In this document: positions 30,380 to 40,396 of the stretch, piece after piece
How positions within the stretch are numbered: position 1 is the stretch's first letter
Layout of the letters: the number at the start of each line of letters is the position of its first letter
Assembly: GCA_963733055.1 (NCBI GenBank)
Contig: CAVTBR010000002.1
Span: 96,001 to 160,000 of the forward strand
Source: Candidatus Bathyarchaeota archaeon
GTDB lineage: Archaea > Thermoproteota > Bathyarchaeia > 40CM-2-53-6
Reading direction: 5' to 3'
DNA: 64,000 nucleotides
Program-made: the position numbers and the translations under genes
The notes under the pieces: model-generated
Seen by the model: the letters and a program-made list of their open reading frames with translations, nothing else
Told to the model about the DNA's origin: nothing
The model's database searches: none

Positions 30380-31324
30380 ATGCCATATTTACTGTTGAAG
30401 GAAAGACGCAGCAACCAACTCCTCCCGGCACGAATTCTCTCCGACCCCAAAGTTGCGCAACTCCTACTCCAGCCCACGCGTTGGAAAATCCTAAGCGACC
30501 TATCCGATGGTGAGAAATGTGCCAAAGACCTAGCGGAAGCATTCCACACCAGCGAGCAAGTAATCTGCTATCATTTGAGGGAACTTGAGAAGGCGGGTTT
30601 GATTGCGTTAGAGAGAACCGAGAAGAAGAGGGGCGCGACCGCCAAGTATTACCGAGCAGAGGAGAAGGCGATCGCTATCATACCCCGACGAGGAGCGCCC
30701 GGCGCTACCTCGCGAGACATGGTGGAGGAACCATTGTCGGACGCTGCCTCGAAAATGCTCGACCCGTTCCTCTCACAAGGCCACTTCAACGGCCACATTG
30801 TCCTCGGAAGCCCCGACGCACACGGCATCTTCAGCAGCCGAGCCCGCTGCGGGGACAGAGCCACCGACCTAGCACTATTCATAGGATCACTCCTCCCCGT
30901 CACACGCGAAAGTGTCGTGCGCTTGGATACGGAACTATCCCAACAGGAATCAGCCCGAAACCTCATAGTCGTTGGAGGGCCGAGGGTAAACACAGTTACG
31001 ATGACCGCGAACGAATACCTCTCCATAACCTACGAGCTAACTGGCCACAACATGATGATCTCCCGCCTCTCAGGACGAAGCTACGCCGGCGAAGAGGAAG
31101 GAGCCGTGCAACTGATCGACAACCCCACCAATCAAGCCTCGAAAATGCTCGTCATAGCAGGGAACAGCTACCTCGGCACAAGGGCCGCCGTTCTCGCATT
31201 CATCAAATACACTAACGAAATCGCCAAAGGCAACACCTCGAACAGGAAGACCATCGCTCGGGTCGTAACGGGGATAGATTTGAACAGCGACGGGCTAGTC
31301 GACGACGTCCAATTCCTCGAATAA
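30380..31324 (+). CDS. ArsR-type HTH regulator fused to an S-layer-C-like domain
   Basis: PTRWKIL..L...EQVICYHLRELEKAGLI; C-terminal NLIVVGGPRVN...LVIAG...GTRAA. Confidence 0.75.
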   Translation: MPYLLLKERRSNQLLPARILSDPKVAQLLLQPTRWKILSDLSDGEKCAKDLAEAFHTSEQVICYHLRELEKAGLIALERTEKKRGATAKYYRAEEKAIAIIPRRGAPGATSRDMVEEPLSDAASKMLDPFLSQGHFNGHIVLGSPDAHGIFSSRARCGDRATDLALFIGSLLPVTRESVVRLDTELSQQESARNLIVVGGPRVNTVTMTANEYLSITYELTGHNMMISRLSGRSYAGEEEGAVQLIDNPTNQASKMLVIAGNSYLGTRAAVLAFIKYTNEIAKGNTSNRKTIARVVTGIDLNSDGLVDDVQFLE

Positions 31325-31325
31325 G

Positions 31326-31514
31326 TCACCCAAAACCCGTTTCCGGGGCAACGATACCGCTTTCGAACCCCATGCCATGAGGGTGAGCGTGGCGAGGTGG
31401 GGTGTGCCACACCCCTAGTGAAGGGTGAGCCACACCCGGGAAAAGTAAACAGGGGACTTGACTTAACCGAGCCTTGTCCAGCGCTGCTAGGGCTTGGGTG
31501 AGGCTGCATCGGTT
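31326..31514. ncRNA. Candidate structured RNA / palindromic element between convergent genes
   Basis: TCACCCAA/TTGGGTGA end pairing; hairpins at 31399-31415 and 31423-31437; AACCGA-GCCT/AGGC-TCGGTT long hairpin. Confidence 0.35.
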
Positions 31515-33417
31515 CTAGGTGGTCCTGGCCAGTTTCTTCTTGAGTGTCTCCGTTACTAACTTAGGGTCAGTTCGCCCCCTAACTTCGGACATGATCGATC
31601 CCATGATCGAAGGAAAAGCACCCTCGCCTTTCGTCTCGATTAGATTCCTGTTCTTCTCGATGTGGCGATCGATAATCTGTTCCAACTCTGCTTGCGATAT
31701 CATCTGGAGTCCAAGATGTTGAATGCCTTCCGAAGGTTCCGAGGTGGGGTTTTAAGCCTGCCACCTCAACAAATCTGGCATGGCTTCTTTGGCGAATGCG
31801 CCTTTGGCTAGGAGCTGGAACATGGACTCTATCTTAGCGTCTGGGACGGTGCGAACCGCGACCCCCTCTCGTTCAAGGCTCTTGCATGTTTCCGTTAGAA
31901 ACGTCGCAGCAAATGTAGGTTGAACCGCCTTATTCGAAACGACGCGTTCGAATAGGCTTAGATAATCAGAATCAACGATCTGTTTTGCTAATTTCTGATT
32001 AAGCGAGAACTGATCCATCAACCGCTTCCCGAGTTTCTCGGAGGTCTCCGGTAGTTGCGCCTTGAGCGTGGATACGTACTCGTCAGGTATGGGAGTCTCC
32101 GGGACGTCGGTTTCAGGGTACATTCGGGCCGCACCTGGGCGAGGTCGCATGTACCTGGTAGTCCCGTCGGGCATAGCAGTACGAGTTTCTTCGGGAACCC
32201 CAACTAGTGCTTCGGTTGCTCGATCAACGACCGCGTCCAGCGCATCCTTTGCCTTCGCACTATCGTCTGCAACGAGAACGAACGCATCTTCGTCTGCCAG
32301 ACCGAGTCGATCCCTCATCGGGCCAACATCGGCTTCTGAAATTCCGTAGGCAGGTAACTCATCCGAATGAAATATTCCTCCCACCCCTGCCCAGAAGGAT
32401 GCCCGATTGGAGAGCTCGGTGCCCAATCGTAGCCCTGGTTCAAGCTCTCTTCCCAGTAGGCCTTTGAACTTGGGCAGTCTGACCCCCAAGACCACTCCCC
32501 CCTTGCTCAGTGCTGTCTTGATGACTCTCGCTTCTGATTTCAAGAAAAGTTCGGATAGGTTGAGGTACTTTCTCTCTATCTGGTTAGGCTTCAGGTTTCT
32601 GGAGGATAATTCTTTGCGAATGGCTAGCAGGGTTTGCTGGCGGTTCACCTCTAGCTCGACGGCTTTGCCTAGAATCTCCAATTCCTGAACGCCTTTGATT
32701 TCAATGAGGGCTCCGTCTGGAATGGATACATTCAGATCCTGCCTAATACTTCCAAGCCCTCGCTTCACCTTGCGTGTTGCTCTCAGAACGGTACCGATTG
32801 CGTATGCGACTTTCTCGACCTCGTCGGGCGATTCCAACACGGGGCCGGTGGTGACTTCGATTAGTGGAACGCCTAGCCGATCGATTAGGTATCCAGCCGC
32901 AGTCTGGGACTGCGAGGCTTTCCGTGCCGCGTCCTCCTCTAACGAGATCTGTGTAATCGGAATCGTCTTCTCGTCAACTTTCAACTCACCATTTAATGCC
33001 ACGACCGCGGTTCGTTGGAAACCCGTCGTGTTCGACCCGTCTATGACCACCTTACGCATTACATGAATCTCGTCCACGGGTTTCGCGCCCATCAACAAGG
33101 CCGCTGTAAGACAGACATCGACGGCCTCCCGGTTTAGTCTGGCCGGCGGTTCCTCGTCCATCTCGACCAGGCATGAGGTTTGGTGATCAGACTCGTATAG
33201 GATGCTTCTACCGCGATGAAATTCGAACATCGCAGCTTGATCAATCTGCCCAAGCTCGCTCTGAGTTGGCCTGAGCCGGCGCAGAAACTTAACTTCCGGT
33301 TCGGATTCCTGCGAACTCGGTTGGGCAGCTGCAGAAGAGCTTACGTTCCGTGTCTAGCTGACGGTGAATCTCTATTCCCACTTTGAGCTTGGGTTTCGCG
33401 ATCTCCCCGCCACTCAT
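31515..33417 (-). CDS. gatE: Glu-tRNA(Gln) amidotransferase subunit E (frameshifts near 33310 and 31755)
   Basis: [16 protein letters not shown] (manual), [36 protein letters not shown]; C-terminal ORF 31515-31703. Confidence 0.93.
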
Positions 33418-34771
33418 TCGATTTCCGCCTCTAGTTCGCGTCTATCCGAGAGTTCGTTTGCTAGATTTGTCGTCATAATCTTCTTGACTTTCTCAGGATC
33501 CTTCTCCTGGCCGAAGGCCCACATCATTTTCACTAGGGCCGTTTCCGAGAGCATATCCCCTAATGGGAGAACTCCCATCCTCAGTAGGTCCCGGCCAGTT
33601 GAGTAGACGTTCATGTGAACCCGGCCCCAGATGCATTGCGAACACATTCCAACCACAACCCCGTCATTCACCGCCCGTTCGATGGACGAGAACAACGCGT
33701 CGCCCACGTGTCCCAATCCCGATCCTTCCAGGACAATTCCCTTGAACCCAGTCGCCGTCGCCCAGTCGACAATTCCCACGGAAATTCCGGGGTGGAATTT
33801 GATGAGAGCAACGTTAGGGTCGAATTGTGATTTGACGGTGAGGGCTGTGCCCTTCCTTCTCTCCCGATAACTCGTGGCATTGAGACTTAGCGTGCGATGA
33901 ATGAGGTCGTAATATGCGATTGGCTTTTGGTTTACGCTCCTGAAACGCGTCCCTTCTGCTCGTATGGCATTTTCGGACCTTTGTGCCTCTATGTACCGCA
34001 ACCCTCTCGTCCGATATCCAATCATGCATTGCAACCACGACCTCAGCGAACGGCGCCTGCCCCGCAACTGCAGTTGCGGCCAACAGGTTCGAGGCGGCAT
34101 CCGAACTCGGGCGATCCGATGAGCGTTGTGAACCAACTAATACGACTGGGATTGGCAAGTCGGGTAGCGCGAAGCTGAGGGCCGCCGCCGTATAACCAAG
34201 AGTGTCCGTTCCATGCGCGATTACAACTCCATCAGCTCCCTTTCGGGCCTGCTCTGCAACGAATTCTGCTATCTTCGGCCAATTTTGTGGGCCTATGTTT
34301 TCGCTAAACAGGGAGTAGAGCACCTTTGCTTCAATCTCGGCTATGCCCGCTAACTCTGGGACGACGCTGTAGAGATCCTCTGCGTCAAGGGCGGGTTTCA
34401 CGGCTCCGGTCCTATAGTCAACTTTGCTCGCAATTGTGCCGCCTGTGCTCACGATCGAAACCTTGGGAAGACCAAGCTTCTGGGAGGGCGGAGGCGGACG
34501 CGGTAAACTGGGGCTGTTGTCCTTTGCCAAGCTGAGTGATCTTAGTTGATGAATCGACCCTGACTCCTACGTTATACCCGGTTTTGAGTTTAACCACGAC
34601 ATAGTTCTCTTCGGATTCGGTACGGTACCGAGGCATAAGCAGGCCCTCAACCACTTCTTCCCCCGCTGCGCGTTTGAGTTCCAACCGTATTCGGTCACCA
34701 ATTCGGACTCCAGCCTTCGCGAGTAATTCATGTGCCAGTCCGATGTAGCCACTCAATTCTTCTTGCGGCAA
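33414..34771 (-). CDS. gatD: Glu-tRNA(Gln) amidotransferase subunit D (frameshifts near 34530 and 33940)
   Basis: [53 protein letters not shown] and VYSTGRDL across three frames. Confidence 0.93.
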
Positions 34772-34837
34772 TGTTCTCCCCAGTTGGTCTGAGGAAAGAA
34801 AACCTGTGCGCCTTAAGATGGTTGCGACGTGAGCTAG

Positions 34838-36436
34838 TCAGTTCATCTCTTTGCCCATGTAAGGGCCGACGTGCGAGTACCCCAATCGTTCATAGTACTG
34901 TTTCGTTCCGAGACCACTCAAAACAAGGACCTTGCTCGCACCAGCCTCACCAGCCTTTCTCTCTGCCTCAGCCAAGAGCCGTCGCCCGTAACCAGCGTGT
35001 TGCCACGCTCCAGACCTGTGTTGTCCTACGGGAACCTCGGGGCCGTAGACGTGAAGCTCACGTACCAGTGCTGATGAACCGTCAACTTCCTGCCTAGTAG
35101 CATTCTTCGACGGAATTCTGAGGCGCACATATCCGATGAGAACGTCGGTTTCTGAATCTTCCATCGAGATGAAGAATTCTTTCCCGTTTGATGCGTCGTA
35201 TTCCATAACCTTCATCTCAATTTGGCCAGGGTTTAGGAGTAATCCTTCCTTCAGCGCTCTATGGCCGACTTCTCGGCATCGTATACACCTGCATCTCTTC
35301 CCTCTCTCCCGAATGCGAGCAAGTGCAAGCTCACGCAAATTGCCGCTCTTCACACCTGCTTGAATGAGGTGTACTGGGAACTCCCGATGAACGCGCATAA
35401 TCCTAACCCACGGGGGCACGAACTCCTTCACCTGAGCTATGAGCTCAACCGCCTGTGCCGTATCAAAAGCCTGGTACTCACCTCGTTTCCACCACTCGTA
35501 CAACTCAGTTCCTTCCATGACGAGACAAGGGTAAATCTTCATCATGTCCGGGCGAAAACGCGAGTCCGAGAACAGAGTCCTGAACGACGCCAGATCTTTC
35601 TCAAAATCAGACCCAGGCAAACCGGGCATCATATGGGCGACGATTTTGAATCCGGCGTCTCTAGATATTTGGAAGGCTTCAACAACATCTTGAACCGAGT
35701 GGCCACGATTCGTGAGAGTATAGACGGCGTCGTCGATTATCTGTACGCCGATCTCTACGCGGGTACAACCGAAACGCAGCATTTGGTCTACGTGTGGGTG
35801 CTTGCACCAGTCTGGTTTCGTTTCAATCGTTAGGCCAACGTTTCTGATTTCTCCCGTCTCAGCGTGAAGTTTAGCCTCGTTGAGGGTCGGGGAGTTGATG
35901 CCGGTTATGGCGTCGAGGCAACGCTTCACGAATTCCTCCTGATAGTCGTTCGGTGCGGCTAGGAAGGTGCCGCCCTGGATTACGAGTTCCACTTTCGACG
36001 GTTCATGCCCGATTGCTTTCAGCTGCTCGACACGGCCCGTTATTTGTACGAATGGATCGTAGTCTGATTGCAAGCCACGCATCGCGGCCGGTTCTCCGGA
36101 TGTGTAGCTCATTGGGAACCCTTTCTCCATCGGGCAAAACACGCACCTACCATGTGGACAACCGCGAGGTGAACTCATGACGCCGATCACGTTGACTCCT
36201 GAAACACTTCGCACCTTCTTTATGCGAAGATGTTCCGAAAACTTCTGCCGAATGTCAGGAGGGAGCGCGTTTAGGATGTCTGAATTCCGCGGCATCCAAC
36301 TCAGTCGATGTTCACGACAAAACTCTAGCTTGGCTTTGTTTAGGTCGTCTTGATAGATAATATGACGTTCCGTTATCTTGGAGACGAGTTCAGAAAGCGG
36401 GAAGTCTTGAAGTTGCGAACTCAATTGCGCGCACAT
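34838..36436 (-). CDS. elp3: tRNA uridine(34) acetyltransferase Elp3 (radical SAM + KAT)
   Basis: CPHGRCVFCP, GGTF, CRCIRCREVG, VRELHVYG and QHAGYG motifs. Confidence 0.95.
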   Translation of the reverse strand: MCAQLSSQLQDFPLSELVSKITERHIIYQDDLNKAKLEFCREHRLSWMPRNSDILNALPPDIRQKFSEHLRIKKVRSVSGVNVIGVMSSPRGCPHGRCVFCPMEKGFPMSYTSGEPAAMRGLQSDYDPFVQITGRVEQLKAIGHEPSKVELVIQGGTFLAAPNDYQEEFVKRCLDAITGINSPTLNEAKLHAETGEIRNVGLTIETKPDWCKHPHVDQMLRFGCTRVEIGVQIIDDAVYTLTNRGHSVQDVVEAFQISRDAGFKIVAHMMPGLPGSDFEKDLASFRTLFSDSRFRPDMMKIYPCLVMEGTELYEWWKRGEYQAFDTAQAVELIAQVKEFVPPWVRIMRVHREFPVHLIQAGVKSGNLRELALARIRERGKRCRCIRCREVGHRALKEGLLLNPGQIEMKVMEYDASNGKEFFISMEDSETDVLIGYVRLRIPSKNATRQEVDGSSALVRELHVYGPEVPVGQHRSGAWQHAGYGRRLLAEAERKAGEAGASKVLVLSGLGTKQYYERLGYSHVGPYMGKEMN

Positions 36437-36499
36437 TTCAACGACCCCGTCAACAGAAGCCCAAACACGGCCAGTTCGGCGTCGCGGTCTGGGACGCGT

Positions 36500-36745
36500 T
36501 TAGGCGGGTTGCTTGGTCGCGTCGACGCAGATGTAGAGTATGTTGCTTCCTCGCAGGATTACGTTCCCGTAGTTTGCCGTCGGCGAGTTACCACGATACT
36601 CGGTGGCCCCTTCAAGTATAATGTTCATGTGGCTATCGGCATCAATCATCTTGCCGCGGTATTCTACGTCGTTCTTCAGCCGAATGTTGACATCGCCGTT
36701 TAGCTTCTTCACGAGTAAGTTGAGAGGTTTTCTCGAAGGTTCCAA
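36500..36745 (-). CDS. Sm/LSm archaeal RNA-binding protein
   Basis: IRLKNDVEYRG.M...D.HMNI.L and G.VILRGSNI Sm1/Sm2 motifs. Confidence 0.92.
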   Translation of the reverse strand: MEPSRKPLNLLVKKLNGDVNIRLKNDVEYRGKMIDADSHMNIILEGATEYRGNSPTANYGNVILRGSNILYICVDATKQPA

Positions 36746-36856
36746 GGGCTTCCCACTGATTCTTCTGGCAAGTCACGATCCTACGGTAAATAAGCTTGCC
36801 CCCTCCACATCGGCTTACTCTACACCTAGCGATTTGCACTGTAAAAATCCGGACAG

Positions 36857-37628
36857 TTACGAGAGGAACTGGCTTAGTTTTGTATCCTTCCGACTCTTCA
36901 AGACCGTGAAACACTTTTCCGGGGCGAGCCGGACAAACTCTAATTTCAATGTGTTCAAGGAGGGTTGCGCGTTCTTCCGGAGCTCCGGAGCAACTACGAG
37001 GCCTCTGATTGGTCGGCTGATTCGTTTTCGGAGCGTGTCGAGGTATCTCTGCAGCTGCATTACCGCATCCTTAGAGGCCGGAACCCGCTTAATCTCTACC
37101 ACCACAAGGTTACCTTGTTTGTCCTCGGCGAAGATGTCAGTAAACCCTGCCTCGCCCAAGCTCTTCTCTTGCTGAAGAGGTTTCAGACCCACCTCCACAA
37201 GGTCGGGCGCAACAAGTATGGCCTGTTTCATTTGCTCCTCCGTAACGTGAAGTGCAAATTCACCTGAGTCTGCGAGTTTCCCGGTGGCGACCAAAGTGAT
37301 TGCTTTGAATTCGATGGAAACTGTTTCTTTAGGCTGAGGTCGGGACAGCGTTGACTACTAAGGCGCCGTCGTCAAGCTTTACGCTCATCATGCATTTTGG
37401 TGGTTGCCAGTTTACTGGTTCGTATCCAGTCGGCCGATGAACCAGCACGGATCCATCTTCTTTGATCATGACAATTCTTTCGCCCCATTCCAATGTTGAT
37501 GACGCGCGACCTTCGTAGTCGACTCTGCAATTGCCAACGATGATGACCAGACTTCTTGCACGAAACGCTTTCTCGAGAATTTCCGCCGCCTCCGGAAGCG
37601 GTGGATTACTCTTAACCGTGATGGTCAT
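36857..37628 (-). CDS. nucS: Endonuclease NucS/EndoMS (frameshift near 37335)
   Basis: C.VDYEGRASS.L..G.R..MIKEDGSVLVH...PVNWQPP; GFTDI...D...VVVEIKR...AVMQL.RY. Confidence 0.9.
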
Positions 37629-37751
37629 TGGCGTCCGTTCCCGAGGGTTCTGTGCGATTGTTTCAAGGGTTTCGTCGGTACTTTCATCCTCCTCTCTCCG
37701 TTATATCAAGCAACGCAGCTATGAAATCTAGCCAATCTTGAAATACGCAGG

Positions 37752-38891
37752 GTGTTAGTGTTGTCAACGACTCAAGTCTTGAAAGAGAAAGCTAAGGGAA
37801 AGGAGACTAAGGAGAAGGCGGAGAAAGAGACCCGGGAGGAAATTCCCGAGGAAAAACGAGAGGAACCCTTACCCTTAGAAGAAGAAAAAACTGAGGCGGC
37901 TGTCGAAGAACCGAAAAAGAAGAAGTTCGAGTTCATAGAAGACATACCGGGCGTTGGCCCCGCAACAGCTGAAAAACTTAGAGAGATGGGCTTTCACACC
38001 GTCGAATCACTCGCCACAGCCACGATCAAAGAATTGACCACAGCGGGGGTCGGCGAAAAACAGGCGGCTAAAGTAGTCTCAGAGGCGAGAGATAGTATCG
38101 CGCTTAGCTTCATCAGAGCAGACGAACTAATCAAGATGAGGCAGAACGTACGACGCCTCACAACCATCAGCAGGCAAGTTGATGAACTTCTGGGCGGAGG
38201 ATTAGAAACCCAAACGATCACAGAATTTTATGGCGAATACGGCGTTGGCAAAAGTATACTCTGCCACCAACTCGCAGTAAACGTCCAACTACCCGAAGAA
38301 AAAGGCGGCCTGAATGGCTCAGCTCTCTACATTGATACGGAAAACACGTTCCGCCCCGAATGGATAGTCCGCATGGCCAAAGCACTCGGACTCGACCCCA
38401 CCGAGACCGCGAAGAGGATTATCTATTCGGAAGCGTTTAACAGCGATCATCAAATCCTTCTTCTTGAGAAAGCGGATCAGGTTATACAAGAAAACAATGT
38501 GAAGCTAATCATAGTGGATTCCCTCACCGCACACTTCCGGAGTGAGTACCTTGGCCGAGAGATGCTTGCTGAGAGGCAGCAGAAGCTTAACAGTCATTTG
38601 CACCGTTTGGTTAGGCTTTCTCGGGCCTTCAATGCGTGTGCTGTGGTTACGAATCAGGTTATGTCTAAACCCGACGCGTTCTTCGCTATGGTTGTGGAGC
38701 CGGTCGGAGGACATATAGTATCCCACACCAGCCATACTAGGGTGTTCCTGAGGCGCACGGCAAGTGGCCCGGTTAGGATATGTAGGCTCATCTCCAGCCC
38801 GTACCTACCCGAAGGGGAACGCATATTCAAGGTAACTGAGGAAGGTATCAAAGATATCACCGAAGAAGACGAAGTCAAACGCAGACGCTGA
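37752..38891 (+). CDS. radA: DNA repair and recombination protein RadA
   Basis: HhH IPGVGPATAEKL, GEYGVGKS, YIDTENTFRPE, IVDSLTAHFRSEY.GR..LAERQQ; no intein. Confidence 0.95.
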   Translation: MLVLSTTQVLKEKAKGKETKEKAEKETREEIPEEKREEPLPLEEEKTEAAVEEPKKKKFEFIEDIPGVGPATAEKLREMGFHTVESLATATIKELTTAGVGEKQAAKVVSEARDSIALSFIRADELIKMRQNVRRLTTISRQVDELLGGGLETQTITEFYGEYGVGKSILCHQLAVNVQLPEEKGGLNGSALYIDTENTFRPEWIVRMAKALGLDPTETAKRIIYSEAFNSDHQILLLEKADQVIQENNVKLIIVDSLTAHFRSEYLGREMLAERQQKLNSHLHRLVRLSRAFNACAVVTNQVMSKPDAFFAMVVEPVGGHIVSHTSHTRVFLRRTASGPVRICRLISSPYLPEGERIFKVTEEGIKDITEEDEVKRRR

Positions 38892-38988
38892 GAAACCCAC
38901 ACCCAAACCAGAACCTACCCCGACCTTCAATACGGACAGACTCCTCCAAGCACTCATCGAGAGAAGAATCGCTGACGCAGAGAAAGAA

Positions 38989-39285
38989 TTGGATACAATC
39001 CGAGCAACTCTTCCCTCCACGGAATCCGCGAAGGGCTACCTAAAGGCGCTTGAAGGCCTGCTCCTAACCGCAAAATCCAACGAAGACAAGTACCTTTACC
39101 TTTCGAAGATCGAGAAGACGCCCAAGAACCTCAAGAACCTTCGCAGAGAATTCACCCAACAAACAAAGAATGCGTTGCACGGAGACTTCGACCGTGGATA
39201 CTTCCAAGCCCTGGAAAGTTACCTGAGAAAACTGGAACATGCCGGACCCGCCGCAGAGCCCGCTACGCCAAAGAAGGCGGATTGA
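38989..39285 (+). CDS. Hypothetical protein (start may lie further upstream)
   Basis: Helical ORF with paired KGY..AL / DRGYFQAL motifs following radA. Confidence 0.6.
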   Translation: MDTIRATLPSTESAKGYLKALEGLLLTAKSNEDKYLYLSKIEKTPKNLKNLRREFTQQTKNALHGDFDRGYFQALESYLRKLEHAGPAAEPATPKKAD

Positions 39286-39291
39286 TTTCCC

Positions 39292-39627
39292 TTAGTGTGC
39301 GATCGTGTAGAAGAGCACGGTCACCATGATCCATACGAAAATGAAAGTGCCGCCGCCCAAGGTTATGTCGCGATTTTTACCCCTGAGCTCAGCCGCGCCG
39401 TAGTGAAGCATATGACGTATGATTAAGACAGAGAGAAGATAGAACGCGACGCCTAGCCCGATCCCAACATAGGTCGCAGCGTCGCCGAAATTGGTTGAAT
39501 TGATATGGAGTATTTGGTTGGATAGGCCCGCGAGGATGGCTAGGACGAAACGCATCCAATAGACGACCGACGAGGGTTTGAGGAAAGGCTTTGGTTGATC
39601 CTGAGTAGTGAGTGTAGGTGTAGTCAA
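39292..39627 (-). CDS. Small membrane protein (3 TM)
   Basis: VYWMRFVLAILAG and GTFIFVWI..TVL hydrophobic segments. Confidence 0.7.
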   Translation of the reverse strand: MTTPTLTTQDQPKPFLKPSSVVYWMRFVLAILAGLSNQILHINSTNFGDAATYVGIGLGVAFYLLSVLIIRHMLHYGAAELRGKNRDITLGGGTFIFVWIMVTVLFYTIAH

Positions 39628-39753
39628 CTCTCTCCCGTTCCAACTTACCCTTTGCGCCCCCTATCACGCGTCTCTAGATAATACTTACCTGTCGCTCCCA
39701 GATGGCCAGCAAAGTCCTTAAGACCTCGCAAAAGATTCCATTTGTGACTCGAA

Positions 39754-40338
39754 TTGACAACCGCTGCCACTGCCCCGGACGTGAAGGTAGAGGATTTGAT
39801 GTCAAGCCCAGTCATAACCATCAACGACACGGATACAGCACTCACTGCAACTAAACTCATGAAGAAACATGGAATAGGCTGCGTCGTCGTAGTCGACAAA
39901 ACAGGCAAACCCCTAGGCCTAATGACGGAGCGAGATGTCGTAAGAAGAGTAGCAGCCCTCGACCTACTCCCAAGTAAGGTGAAGGCAAGTAAATCCATGA
40001 CCAAACCAGCATCGACAGTAGACGCCACCGCAAACGTAACCGATGCCGCAACAAAGATGCGACAGTTGAAAATCCGGAGATTGGTTGTTGTTCAAGGTGG
40101 CAAGCTAACTGGCATCATTACCAGTAACGATATTGTAGACATCACCCCTGCGTTGATCGATGTTATGGCGGAGAAATCGCAGGTCTCACCAGTTCAGAAA
40201 ACCAAAGAGCCAGCCACGCTGAGCGGATACTGCGACAAGTGTGGTTCGTGGGCCGAAGAAATGAAGTCGCAAGATGGCCAATTCCTATGCGACGACTGCG
40301 CGGCGGAAGTTGAAGGCCCGGCAGAAGAGGAAGACTGA
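39754..40338 (+). CDS. CBS-domain pair protein with C-terminal Zn ribbon
   Basis: Two CBS repeats plus GYCDKCG...LCDDC. Confidence 0.9.
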   Translation: MTTAATAPDVKVEDLMSSPVITINDTDTALTATKLMKKHGIGCVVVVDKTGKPLGLMTERDVVRRVAALDLLPSKVKASKSMTKPASTVDATANVTDAATKMRQLKIRRLVVVQGGKLTGIITSNDIVDITPALIDVMAEKSQVSPVQKTKEPATLSGYCDKCGSWAEEMKSQDGQFLCDDCAAEVEGPAEEED

Positions 40339-40396
40339 GCCAAGGCATTAATCTGCTGGATTCGGTGGTAGGACGGCAGATGGTGCGTAGAGATAC

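Noticed and set aside
31330-31450. 5S rRNA or twister ribozyme similarity (TTTCGAACCC, CCCAAGCCC)
   Set aside because: Only isolated words match; the helices and conserved flanks do not fit.
37752-37930. Charged N-terminal extension of RadA, possible intein
   Set aside because: A low-complexity Glu/Lys tail only; no intein motifs and the ATPase core is continuous.
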